This document shows positions 37,885 to 50,244 of a DNA stretch of 64,000 nucleotides, one piece after another. The stretch is from contig NC_057749.1 in assembly GCF_004010195.1 (NCBI RefSeq), forward strand, positions 9,311,492 to 9,375,491. Reading direction: 5' to 3'. The stretch is from Chiloscyllium plagiosum (Eukaryota). How positions within the stretch are numbered: position 1 is the first letter of the stretch; each line of letters begins with the position of its first letter. Below the pieces are notes generated by a model that saw only the letters and a program-made list of their open reading frames with translations, searched no databases and was not told where the DNA came from. The translations under genes were made by a program, and so were the position numbers.

Positions 37885-40089
37885 CTAAAATACACAAGTG
37901 GGAAAACTGAATGAAATTTTCTATAACCTCGAGAGAAAATGGCATAAGAGAGTTTGTTCATTTATTTCAGAGCTAAACATTATAAATGTTTGCTGGAATC
38001 AGACATCAAAAATAAAAGAACTGACTGATTTAATACTGAGAGCTGGAAGTTACAGAGATCTTCAAAGAACCTTTGTCCAAATGATGACCTGTCATTTTAT
38101 TTCAGACAGTCAAATTTGTTACGCTTTTCCAGTTGTCAGATGTTGCAATTAACCTTAAAAAGAAATTCAATATTTTTGTTTTGGTTTTATTTGGTGAACA
38201 TTTCTAGCCCTTTTGCATGATTCATTGAAAACAAAATCTCACTTCCGACTTAACCAACCCTGCAGACCTTGTACACTCATTGTGGATCATTCAAATAATA
38301 GTGTGTAAAATTTGCTGTCAGACTGTTTCAGAAAGGAACACAAGAATTACACAAGAATATATTTATTATTTACAGCACTGGGAAAATAAATTTCATCATG
38401 TTGTTTCACTTGACAAAATTAAAAGAAAACAACAATTTACATTGAAACCTAATATAGAATGGCTACTGTCTGAAATTGACTCAGCACTCACCAAAACTAA
38501 TTTCAACCTTGGGCTATGGTATTGTACGGGTAAAATGGAATTAGCTGGCCACTGTACGCTATGCCCAATTCTATTAATGTCAATGGAAGGAAAAGTATTT
38601 GGATGTTAATATTGCCATCGCCCATAGCTAAATTATTTCCATAATCCTTCCATTGTTTGTTTCTTCTTATCATTTCCTGACACGTTGTGTCTTATTCGTC
38701 ACATTATCATCTCTCCAAGCATTCTTTCAAACCTCATTTTGAGATGATGAAATATGGTAGTGAACAATAGAATATCACCACTGAATCTAATACATGTGTA
38801 ATGTCAAAGAATGGAGAGGGGTGGAATCTCCACTAAAACAGCCTCTGGAAATGGAACTCTGCCAACTTAGGTTCTGGTGGGAGTGGAGGTTGGCATATTT
38901 TAACTTTCATGTGACATTGCTGAGCAAGATAGGAATCAACATCTTATTTAGATTTCTTTTACACTAATGGATGTTTTTCCAGAAATAAATAAACAGTGAA
39001 AAAAATTGATTTGCATATCATCAATGAATTGGAAGTAGGTGGAGTATGATCATATTGATTTTGGGAACAGTGACAAATTCAACAGTAGCTCCCAAACCTC
39101 CAGCCTATACCACCTAGAAGATTAAAGGTGACAGGCATCTGGAACACCATGATCTACAAGTTTCCTTTCAAGTGTCACACCATCCAGAGTTGAAACTTTC
39201 ACTGGATCAAAATCCTGGATTCCATCCATAACAGCACCATGGATACAGACATACCCCATAGACAAGAACAGTTCAGGGTGATAGCTCACCACCCTCCACT
39301 CAAGGTTAATTAGGGATGGACACCAAATGCTGGCCTTACTAGTGACCCTGACCCATGAATGAATTAAAATGTAAAATGCCCTGGACGAGACCAGAGATGT
39401 ATCATCAGCTTGTGTTTTAGGGATTTTAAAAATAGCACTAAAGACTGCTCCAAGACTGTTTCAAAGAAGGACCATAAGGGCTGCAATAAATGTATCATTT
39501 ACAGTAATGTAAAAAAAAACTCCTCGTATCTAATGCTGTAGGTTTAGCTGTGTATCTTACATGATTTGCACACATTCCATGATCATAAGCCAGAGTGTGT
39601 GTAGCTGCAGTGAAACACTGCTGAAGTTGTGCCAATTCTTTCACACTGCCGATGATTATGCTTTCAGAGCTTTGATGCAATGTTGAACCACGAAGTGTGG
39701 GATTCAAAAAAAAACAGCTGCCAAGGCAGCCTACGTAAACAAATTAGGAAAAGAATACCTTGATTAACAACAAAGAAAAGAGGTGGTCATCTCTGGATAC
39801 AATTACTGTACATTGCTGTGTTCTCTGAAGTTCAGGTCAAATAGTTCTGCGTAGGCACTAGTGCTAAATGTAGCAGCACAATCTGGGAGTCAATTATAAA
39901 ACAGAAATTGCTGGAAAATCTCGGTTCTTCTTCAGTTCTGGGTCATTTGGCCCAAAACATTAACTGTGCTTTTTCCCTGCAGATGCTGCTATACCTGCTG
40001 AGATTTTCCAGCAATTTCTGTTTTTGTTTCTGATTTCCACATTCTCAGTTCTTTTGGTAATTTTGTCTGAAAGTCAATTAGTTGAAGTA

Positions 40090-43000
40090 TTCAAGTAGAA
40101 GTCTTCTAGGTCATCCAAAAAAAAATTGAAACAACAGGACTTTAAAAAGGCAGTGACCACATGGCAAGTGAATCAAATGGAGCAGTATAACTGTCTGACC
40201 AGGCAGTAACCTGCACAGCGAACTACCTGTGCTGTTTGGTTTTAAGTATCTCTGGACAGAGTTCTTCTAAGAAAAGTTAAACAGCAAAATTCACAACTGA
40301 CCTTGGAGAAACCTATGTGCAGGCATTCACAGCTGGGGAGCAGCTAAGTGGCTAGTTTTTAAATGTAACTTTACTGTATTTTGTAAATTTGCAATAGTGA
40401 GTAGAGTGGGTTCTTTTTTGATTATATGTTTTTAATTGAAATCTGACTCTTGTTTAAACTTTAAAAATATAAGGACGTAGGTGCTAAGCTAACCTGGAGC
40501 AGTGTCTTTAGAGCAATTAGACTGAGTTACTTTGTGCGTCTGTAGATTTTTAAGGTGCAAAAATGGCCTTTAGTAGAGTGATGTGCTCTTCCTGTTGGGT
40601 GTGAGAGATGAGGGAGAGTTTCCATCTTACTGATGATTATGTCTACAGGAAGTGTGTTTGGTTGTGAATCCTATTGGATTGCATAGATCGGTTGGACTGG
40701 CAGTTAGAGGCAATGAGGAATTTATAGGAGGTAAGGCGTGTGATGGAAGGGAGATAAACCAAAGATACAGTAAGGCATATGGTTTACCTCCAGGAAAGGT
40801 AGGAGAGGGAGGCAGGTAGTGCAAGAGTCTCCTGTGGCTATCCCCATCTCAAATAAGTATGCAGTTTTAGAAAATGTGGAGGGTAATGGGCTCTCAGGAA
40901 AATGTAGTACTGACAGCCATTTCTGGCACCAAGACTGGCTCTAATTTTATTGAAGGGTATGCCAAGTTCCGAGCGATCGGTTGTGATAGGAGACTCTGTA
41001 GTCAGAGAGATAGACAGGCGTTTCTGAAGCCAGTGAGGCATCAGATGTCTCAGAGAGGATGCAGAATATTCTAAAGGGGAGAAGCACCAGCAAGAAGTCG
41101 TTGCACACATTGGAACTAACAACATAGGACAAGGAAAGGATGAGATTCGAGGAGAGAACATAGGAAGTTAGGCAAGAATTTAAAAAGGCAGACCACAAGA
41201 GTAGTAATATCTGGATTACTCTTAGTGCCACAAGCTAATGAGGGAAGGAATAGGAGAATAGACTAGATGAATGCATGGCTGAGGATCTGGAGCAGGATTA
41301 ATATTTTTGGATCATTCGAACCTCTCTGGGGTAGAAGTGACCTGTACAAGAAGGACGGATTGCATCTGAATTGGAAAGGGGCAGGGAGATTTGCTAGAGC
41401 TGCTTGGGAGGACTTAAACTAGTAGGCTGGGGGACGGTGAGGGTGGGACCTGAGGAGATGGTGAGGAGAGCCATCAGTTTGAGACTGGTACAGTTGGAAA
41501 AAGGGTTAAGTCAAACAATCAGGACAGGCAGGGACAAAGCAGAGAACAAGGTAGGACTGATAAATTAAACTGCATTTATTTCAATGCAAGAGGCCTAACA
41601 GATAAGGCGCTGACTTCATTGTTGTGAACATGGGACTGGGATATCATAGCAATTACAAAGGTGTGGCTCAGGAATGGACAGGACTAGCAGCTTAATGTTT
41701 CAGGATATAAATGCAATAGGAAGGAAAGAAAGTGGGGGCAGGAGAGGAGGGGAATTGGTGTTTTTGATTAGGGATAACATTATGGCTGTAGTTAGGGACG
41801 ATATTCCTGGGAATACGTCTAGGGAAATTATTTGGGTGGAACTGAGAAATAAGAAAGAGATGACCACCTTATTGGGATTATACTATAGGCCTCCCATCAG
41901 TCAGAAGCAAATTTGTAAGTTATTTGTAAGATCTCCGTTATCTGTGAAAATAATAGGGTGGTTATGGTGAGGGATTTTAACTTGCCAAACATAGACCAGG
42001 ACTGCCATTGTGTTCACGGCTTGGATGGAGAGGAATTTGTTAAGTGTGTACAAGAAAAAGTTCTGATATAGTCTGCGTATGTACCTACTAGACAACATGC
42101 AACATTTGACCTATTCTTGGGAAATAAGGCAGAGGTGGTAACTGAGTATCAGTGGGGGAGCACTTTGGGGCCAGAGACCATACTTCTATTAGTCTTAAAA
42201 TAGTGATGGGAAAGGATAGACCGGATCTAAAAGTTGAAGTTCTAAATTGAAGGAAGGCCAATTTTGACAATGTTAGGCAAGAACTTTCAGAAGTTAATTG
42301 GGGGCAGATGTTTGCAAGGAAAGGGATGGTTGGAAAATGGGAAGCCTTCAAAAATGAGATAACGAGAGTCCAGAGACAGTATTATTCCTGGTAAGCTGAA
42401 GGGCTAGACTGGTAGTTTTAGGGAATGCTGGATGACTGGAGAAATTGAGATTTTGGTCAAGAATAAGAAGGAAGCATTTGTCAGGTATAGACAGCAGAGA
42501 TCGAATAAATCCTTAAGAATATAAGGGCAGTAGGAATACACTTAAGAGGGAAATCAGGCACAAAAAGAGAGCATGAGATAGCTTTGGCAAATGGGGTTAA
42601 GGAGAATCCCAAGGGTTTCCATAAATTCATTAAGGTCAAAAGGGTAATGAGGGTAAGAATAGGACCCCTTAAAAATCAGCAACGCTGCCTTATCTATAGA
42701 ACTGCAGGAGATGGGGGAGATACTAAATGAGTATTTTGCATTAGTATTTACTGTGGAAAAGGATATGGAAGGTAGAGAACATGGGGAAATAAATAGCAAC
42801 ATCTTAAAAAATGCCCATAATACAGAAGTGGAGATGCTGGATGTCTTAAAATGCATAAAGGTGGTTAAATCCCCAGTTTCTGATTAGGTATACCATAGAA
42901 CTCTGGGAAGCTAGGGAATGATTGCCGGGCCACTTGCTGAGATATTTGTATCATTGATAGCCACAGGTGAGGTGCCGGACAATTGGAGATTGGTTAACGT

Positions 43001-44043
43001 GATGTCAGTACAGGTATTTCAGAAAGGTGGTAAGGATAAGCCAGGTAACTATAGACCGGTGAGCCTGACATTGGTGATGGGCAAGTTGCTGGAGGGAATC
43101 CTCAGGAACAGGATTTACATGTATTTGAAGAGATAGTCAAGATAGCTTTATGCATTGAGAATCATAGCTCACTAACTTGTTTTGAGTCTTTAAGAAGTAA
43201 CGAAGAGTATCGATGAGGGCAAAGTGGTGGATGTGATCTTTATGGACTTCAGTAAGGCACTCAACAAGGTTCCTCATGATAGACTGGTGAGCAAGGTTTG
43301 CAAGGAGAACCAGCCATTTGGATGGGGAACTGGCTCAAAGGTAGAAAGCAGAGCGTGTGGTGGAGTGTTGCTTTTCAGACTGGAGACCTGTGACCAGTGG
43401 TGGGCTACAAGGATTGGTGTTGGGTCCACTGCTTTTTGTCATTTATGTAAAGGAATTGGATGTGAACGTACAAGGTACAATTAGTAAGTCTGCAGATGAC
43501 GCCAAAATTGGAGGTTTGGTGGACAGCGAAGAAAGTTGCCTCAGAGTACAATAGCAACTTGATCAGATGGGTCAGTGGGCCAAGGAGTGCCAGGTAGAGT
43601 TTAATTTAAATAAATCTGAGGTGCTGCACTTTGGGGAAAGCAAACTTAGCAGGACTTATACACTTAATGGTAAGGTCCTAGGGAGTGTTGGTGAACAGAG
43701 ACCTTGGAATGCATGTTCATAGCTCCTTGAAAGTGGAGGTGCAGGTAGATAGCATAATAAAAGAGGCATATACTATGCTTGCCTTTATAGGTCAGTGCAT
43801 TAGAAGGCCATGTTGAGGCTGTACAGGACATTGGTCAGGCCACTTTTGGAATACTGCTCAATTCTAGTCTCCCTGCTATAGAAATGATGTTGTGAAACTT
43901 GAAAAGGTTCAGAAAAGATTTATAAGGATGTTGCCACAGTTGGAGAGTTTGTGCTTTCGGGAGAGGCTGAATAGGCTGGGGTTGATGAGTTGGATCGAAG
44001 CGTCTGTTCCCATACTGTGCAACTCTATGATTCTATGACTCTT
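40090..44043 (+). mobile_element. Near full-length degraded CR1-clade LINE in cyp1a intron 6, antisense to the gene
   Basis: ORF1 MAFSRVMCSSC... and HIGTN.IG, DGLHLN; ORF2 YFNARGL, YYRPP, PGNYRPVSLT, DFSKALNKVPH, ADDAK; CTATGATTCTATGACTCT tail. Confidence 0.92.
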
Positions 44044-45170
44044 AAAAAGTTGATTTCACCCCATAGCTTTTGTCATCTGGGCACCTTATAATCTTATCTT
44101 TTTTTCATGTTAGCACAGAGCTGATTTGTGTGTAAAGCACTATATACTTGAGACATTCAGAATACCTTTATCAGTAATTTCAGGGCCAATAGTCAGCAAT
44201 GTAACTGCAGTCTAAAGATTACATATTACACTCCATTGGAAACTGCAACATTGATTGAGGCCACGAAGCCAAACAATGAAAATTATAATGAGTAATTGGT
44301 CTAATTGAAGCAGTTGAAATGACTACCAAACTACGCATGCTGTCTGCTACATTCAGCCACATATATATGTGTTGCAACATTAACACTGTCGTTACATTAT
44401 GAGATTCTTGGAATCTTTTCGGTAGCATTTACTGCAAACAGAAACCATAATTTTACTCCCACCTTGCAAGAATGCCAATTAAAAAACACAATAGTAGTAT
44501 AATAATCCTATACATATAGTTACAGTGCAATTGTCATTGGTGTTTCAACAACTGATTCCATGTTTCAACCATCAGAAGTAGCCCTATTGTTAAAGGTAGG
44601 ATTGTTTTGCTTTATTTGACCATTTTATAGGTAAAACTTATCAACACAAGCATATGTTTTCACTGCCCTCCAATGTGAACTAAAGAATAAAAGCTTTTCA
44701 AACCAACCATTCAACTGCTGCTGGAATTTTAACTAGAACTTCTCTTCCCACATCGCGTTGTTTTGTACATCAATTATCTGCCACCTTGTTTATATCAAGG
44801 CCGAAGCAGCCTTTACAGCAGTCTTGATTAGGGCTGTAGACATCGTTGATAATTGAAAGTATGTTGCATTAATAAAGACCTATACAAGTTCATAGGAGTG
44901 CTCTTATGTTTAGGGAATCAGCTGAAAATCTCTTCAACAGTAGGTTTTACAGGCTAACTTTTGGTGGCAGCAAATCCTAGCTAAAGTGAAATAGATATTC
45001 AGGAAAGAAATCCAATTGCATATTGGAATGAGAAAGTTACCCAGACGTTGAAATGACAGTAGTTGTTCTATAGTTCAGATTTCCAATCGTTTTTCTAGTC
45101 ACAACATGGAGCTAATTGTAACAACCAATTCAAATCCCTGAACTTCAAGACTAAGGAAAATCATACTTAC

Positions 45171-45257
45171 GAGTCATGATTCACTTGCCACTGGTTCACA
45201 AAAACACATGTATTTTTAGGTATAAAATATCCATTCAGCGTTGTGTCTTTTGTTGTG
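45171..45257 (-). CDS. cyp1a: CYP1A exon 6 (87 bp)
   Basis: atttcag|C...GAC TC|gtaagt; [29 protein letters not shown]; not in the ORF track, read manually. Confidence 0.97.
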
Positions 45258-46818
45258 CTGAAATTAAAAAAAGACGACTTAAGTACCATGTATTCACTTA
45301 ACATCCTGCATCATAATAGACCACAAGCTTATCGGTGAGCACTGCATGTAAAGTCTCCAGGGAAATTTGGATGGTAGAGATGAAAACAGTTGGAATGATA
45401 CATCCCCACAGCCCACACATCCAGGATTCATAGCAATTTTGACCAGACCCAGAAACAGAGCCATGAGGAGATCCTCTGAATGGATATGCTCACTCTCTAT
45501 ATACCCAATAAACCATGAGAGCGAGCGTTAGACAAAAATTCATCAGGAAGTTTAGAAGCAGCGATCTTTTAAAAGGATATTCAAGGGAGAAGTGCTGCAA
45601 CCCTTATTATTCTAAATAAAAGTTAAAATACATTAGTTTCCAGGTCAAAGATTAGACCCACAACTTGGGTTTTTGGGAAATGGCTCGCTAAGTCATTGGA
45701 AACCACATCACAGTGCAGCTCCAAGTCTCCAATCATACAGAAAAGGATCCCAAACATAGGAAACAAACACAGAAGATTCTGGAGAAGCTCAGCATTTAGA
45801 GATTCTGAAGAACTCAACACATTAACTGTTTCTCTATCCAAGGTGCTCCCAGATCTGTCGAGTTTCTCCAGTATTTTCTATGTATGTTTCAGATTTACAG
45901 CATCCACAGTATTTTGCTGTCTAAATATAAGGGTTTACATTATTAAGAATTGTGAAGTTGGTCTCCACTGACTAAGAAACAATTTTGCCATGCTGTGCCC
46001 AAGTGAAAGACTGTAAAGAGCTGGTGAATCTGCAGTAACAGCATTTTACAATTTCATGCATTTGCAAAGTGCAGCATCAAGTAGGGAACCTCTCAAGAGA
46101 AAGAAAGACAGCTAGACAGACAGGTTAAAGGAAATATGCACACAACAATGTGCCACAATGACCAGGTCACCTGTTTGGTGATGTTGGTCGAAGGATAAAA
46201 ATTGGTCAAGACACCAGTCAGAACTCTGCTTTTCGTAAGATGGTATCTAAGAAAGCAGATGGTGTTTCAGAATATTCTCATATGGAAGACCAAAGACTCA
46301 AGTGGTCAGGTGAAGTTTCAAAAGGAGAGCTTTAGCTTAATGCTGGATAAAGCATAATGATTCTGTGCTTCATCCTCTTCTAGATTCCTAGCAGATTCAA
46401 CCATCTGAATTTAATCTCCAGTATTGTTTTTGAAGGAATCTGTTGTTATCAAGTTGTTATCATTTAGTGTGCATCGTACAAAAAAAAGCAGTGGCAACAT
46501 ATTTAATTGTAACTTCAAACAAAAACTGCACAACGGTTTCTAATGTAAAAAGAAAGCAAGAAACATAAAAAGAATGCTAGTTGGTTCTAACATTCTGTCT
46601 CTGGAAAAATGCTAGATTCCAAGCAAAATGCTAGATTCCAAGCTAAATCAACTACTCCTGTTCCTAATTCTCACATTTTTTCAAAGTAATTACAGAGCCA
46701 TGAGAAACAAAAGGTAAGGGTTGAGATTAATTGGATAGTTCTTTAAAAAGATTGCATAGGCAAGATGAGCTAAATGCCTTATTTGGAGCTGGTTGATTGT
46801 GAACCTGAGCTGCCTTAC

Positions 46819-46942
46819 CAGTGAGGAATGGTGAACGGGACAAAGGACGAGTGGCGGAAGGTCTCCAATATGAAAGCTTCTGTATATGGCAGTAGTAACT
46901 TGTCCGATATCTGTGGGCTTCGAGCTCTGCCAATGTTCTCAT
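46819..46942 (-). CDS. cyp1a: CYP1A exon 5 (124 bp)
   Basis: ttttcag|AT...CAC TG|gtaagg; [41 protein letters not shown] (K-helix ExxR). Confidence 0.98.
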
Positions 46943-47072
46943 CTGAAAAGAACAAAGGAAACACAAACAGAAGTCAGTCTTGGCAGTGACCAAAGCCAAG
47001 TTGAAAAATCGCAGCCCATTTTTATAAGAATAAAAGCTTTTACTTTTGCTCCCCCTCTGCAGTTAGACTCAC

Positions 47073-47162
47073 CTATTTCCTTTTGCACTTGCTTCTGAAT
47101 GTCAGGATATTTAACCAAGTACATAATAGTCCAGGACAGCCCTGTGGTTATGGTGTCAAAAC
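47073..47162 (-). CDS. cyp1a: CYP1A exon 4 (90 bp)
   Basis: tttgaag|GT...ATA G|gtgagt; [30 protein letters not shown] (I-helix AGFDT). Confidence 0.98.
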
Positions 47163-47589
47163 CTTCAAAAAGAACAAAAACTCATCAGTACCACTGTGGA
47201 AAAGCCTTCTCCAATCTTCTGCATTATTCTTTCTGGGGAGGTGGGCTCACTGGCTGGGCCAGCATTCCTAACTTCCTTGAGAAAGAAGGTGAGCTGCCTT
47301 CTTGAACGGCTGCAATCCATTTGGTTTGAGGTGACCCACCCTGCCGGGCTGGAGGAAAAGAGCGATTTGTTTCCAAATCAGAATAATGTTGGTGCGTACA
47401 GGACGAGATGACTTTTTTGTTTGGAAGAAAAACAATAAAGAAAAACAAAAGGACAAATGTCTTCCCTCAACAAGCGGATAGAAAAACTCTCCTCCTCCAA
47501 AACAACAGCAGAAACCAACAACAGCAGGAACGCACTGACTGTAGCCCCAGCCAGCACAGAGCCAGTGCCCTAAAATGAGATTCTAAATC

Positions 47590-47985
47590 TCCTGTTAATA
47601 TTTCTTCCCCCCCCCCCCACACACTACCGCCTAATTGCGGAAGTGCTTATATTATCCCCAGCAACCATGTTGTGCGTGTGCGCAGGTGTGGGACACAGTG
47701 AAAGACACAAGGTGTATGAATCTTTATTCAGTTTCCACCACCAGGAAGAAAAGAAACATCCAAGTGGTCAGTGACAAGCATCAATGGGCAATGCTGCATG
47801 ACCAAACAGTAAAGGGGAGGGCAGGGATTAAAATTAAAATAGAGTTGGAGGGGGAAATAATACACTTCACTCCCTGCGGTGGCCACTTTTCACTGAAAAT
47901 CTGGAGGGTGTTGGTTGACACCGCGTGCTCCTTCCCCAAGGACGCCCGGGCTCTGACATACCTGCGGAAAACGAGGTGGCTTCTT
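47590..47985 (-). mobile_element. Tx1-like (L1 group) LINE 3' end in cyp1a intron 3
   Basis: Minus strand reads FRRYVRARASLGKEHAVSTNTLQIFSEKWPPQGVKCII, resembling Tx1 ORF2 C-termini, followed by AATAAA and a terminal stem-loop. Confidence 0.55.
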
Positions 47986-48306
47986 TCCGCATCTTAACAA
48001 TTCTGTGATTGGTGTGGGCGGCTTGAGCATGTCAATTTAGACTCTTAAAAGGACGTTAGTTGAGCTGGCAGTTTGCACAGGGTTTGAAGGCACTTCGATT
48101 GTCTTCAAGCAATCTTTACTTTTTATTTAAATTAATGAAATGCCGCCTGTGCATGGCGACGCCAAAACTTTTCAGTTGAATACACGTGACAATAAATGAT
48201 TTAATTCAAAAAAAAACTTTCACGGCAAAAGAAAACGGATCCAAAACCTTCCCATAACATTACAGTTGAAAGTTTTATCAATTAAACGCACGAGTGACAG
48301 ACTCAC

Positions 48307-48433
48307 CAGCTCCAAATAGATCATTAACCAGGCTGACGATTTTTTCATCAGATATCTGAATGTTGGCATTCTCGTCCATTTTTTTGTCCTGACAGTGATC
48401 GATCAGGGAATCGGTTATATCGCGTATATTATC
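48307..48433 (-). CDS. cyp1a: CYP1A exon 3 (127 bp)
   Basis: tttccag|GAT...GCT G|gtgagt; [42 protein letters not shown]; canonical CYP1A exon length. Confidence 0.98.
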
Positions 48434-48542
48434 CTGGAAAGGTGAGATGAGTTTTTTTAAAAATTAATAACACGAAGTGGACGAGAACTGCAAAAAAAAG
48501 GGCTAAGTTTTACAGGGGAAAAACACAAAGGTGGGTTCTCAC

Positions 48543-49382
48543 CTTGTCAAAGGTGTTGTAATGTTCCGTGACAATCTTCTTGATGAAGTTCGTGAACTGG
48601 ATGTTGATGTTGATGAATTTCCTCATGGAGCAGCCGGGCAGGAAGCGGAGGATGGGGATGAAGTCGGCCAGGTTACCGGACGCCGCGACCTTCACGAACT
48701 CGTCGGCCACGCTGAGGACGCTGAGGAACTCCTGGTCGTCGTGGGCGTACCGCTTACCGAAGCACAGGGCGCAGATGACGTTGGCCACCGACACCACGAT
48801 GTAGCGGACCGGGTCGAAGGCGCCGCGGCTCCGGGTCAGCTCGGTGAAGATGCCGATCAGGTGCTGCGCCTCGCCGCTCACATGCTCCTCCAGCAGGCAC
48901 GAGTGCGTGGAGTTCCTGCACTCGTCCGTGGCGAAGGTGCGCAGCGCGCTCTGCGCCAGCTTCCGACGGATCCTCCACACCTCGGAGTTCTCTTGGCTGA
49001 AGGTCAGGCTCTTGCCGTCGTTGATGAACCTGAAGCTGTAGAGATCCGGCCTCCCGGCGAAACCATCTCCCTGCTTGATGAGCGCTTGCTTGAGCGTGTC
49101 CTGCCCGCTCAGTACCACCACCGGCCGGCTCCCGATCTGAATCTGGAAGATGTCTCCGTACTGCTTGCTCAGGGCGGTCAGTCTCAGGTGCGGGTTCGGT
49201 CCCAGCTGCAGGTTCCTGCCGATCAGGGGCAGGCTGGACGGACCCGGCGGCTCCTGAAGCCCCTGGGGGATTCGGATCCGGCGCCTGTGGATCACCAGGA
49301 AGATGAGCGAGAAGACGGCGAGACCCAGCAGCACCTCGGTGACCGACAAGGCCAGCAGCCCAGCACCAAGGCTCCTGATCAT
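48543..49382 (-). CDS. cyp1a: Cytochrome P450 1A, exon 2 (first coding exon, 280 codons)
   Basis: Acceptor ctctcccgcag|GTTAAG ATG; MIRSLGAGLLALSVTEVLLGLAVFSLIFLV membrane anchor, PPGP hinge, YGDIFQIQIG, FAGRPDLYSF, WRIRR C-helix, SVANVICALCFGKRY; donor GACAAG|gtgaga. Confidence 0.98.
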
Positions 49383-49572
49383 CTTAACCTGCGGGAGAGC
49401 AAGCGACTTGAAAAACCACCATGAGACATACGCACAGATTCCTTGCAACTACCGCCGAAGCGCTGACCATCTGCTGAATCAAACTGCACTGAAAGTAGCA
49501 TAACTATCACCTCAATAATCTGTTTAAAATTGGTTTCTTTTACTGAGCAAATTTGCTGCATGTTTTTTTTTT

Positions 49573-49950
49573 AAAAACCGTAAGTACTGCGGATGTTGTA
49601 AAACTGGAAAAGCTGAGCAGGTCTGCCTGCAACATCTGTGGTGAGAAATCAGAGTTAACCTTTCAGGTCCAGGGACCCTTCCTGGGAAAAGGGCGATTTG
49701 TTTCCAAGTCAGGATAACACCCTGACAGTGATCGAACCGGTGATATCGCGCATATTATCCTGGAAGAGAGAGATGCGCAAAAAGAATGAATAACAGGAGG
49801 TGGACGGGAAAAAACGTTAACTGCAAAAAAAAAGCTACATTTACAGGAATTTGTCAAAGAGGAAGGACCCCTGGACCCGAAACGTTAACTCTGATTTCTC
49901 ACCATAGATGCTGCCAGACCTACTCGGCTTTTCTGTTCTTGTTGCTGCAG
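49573..49950. mobile_element. Penelope-derived inverted-repeat element in intron 1 enclosing host-gene-derived sequence
   Basis: Left arm to 49683 and right arm from 49860 are reverse complements; filler matches 47354-47386 and 48388-48517. Confidence 0.85.
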
Positions 49951-50244
49951 ATTTGTCAGACAATAGCAAAAGTGGCGCAGGTAAAACTGCACCTCACACG
50001 AAAAGCAGAATGTAAAAGCATCCAGTTCTGATTTCTGTGCAATAGGACAGTCCAAGGCACCGGGCGGCGGGTCCTGCTCGCTTCGCTGCATCTTTACAAC
50101 ATTCTCCCCACTCCCCGCGCCTCCAACACGCGCACACACATTTACACAGTCTCAATTCTGAAAAGTATGGATTGCTATCAGGGGGCAGGCAAGAAAGGGG
50201 GAAAAGCGCAAAAGGGGGAAAGTACACCCTCAGCCCGTGCATAC

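Noticed and set aside
48531..49424. 297-aa plus-strand ORF antisense to exon 2
   Set aside because: Expected shadow of extreme GC3 codon usage; it coincides with exon 2 and has no recognisable motif.
49383..49448. N-terminal extension MQGICAYVSWWFFKSLALPQVK in the ORF track
   Set aside because: It crosses the exon-2 acceptor at 49389-49391 and is intronic; the true start is ATG 49382. The 37885-37961 extension of exon 7 is likewise intronic.
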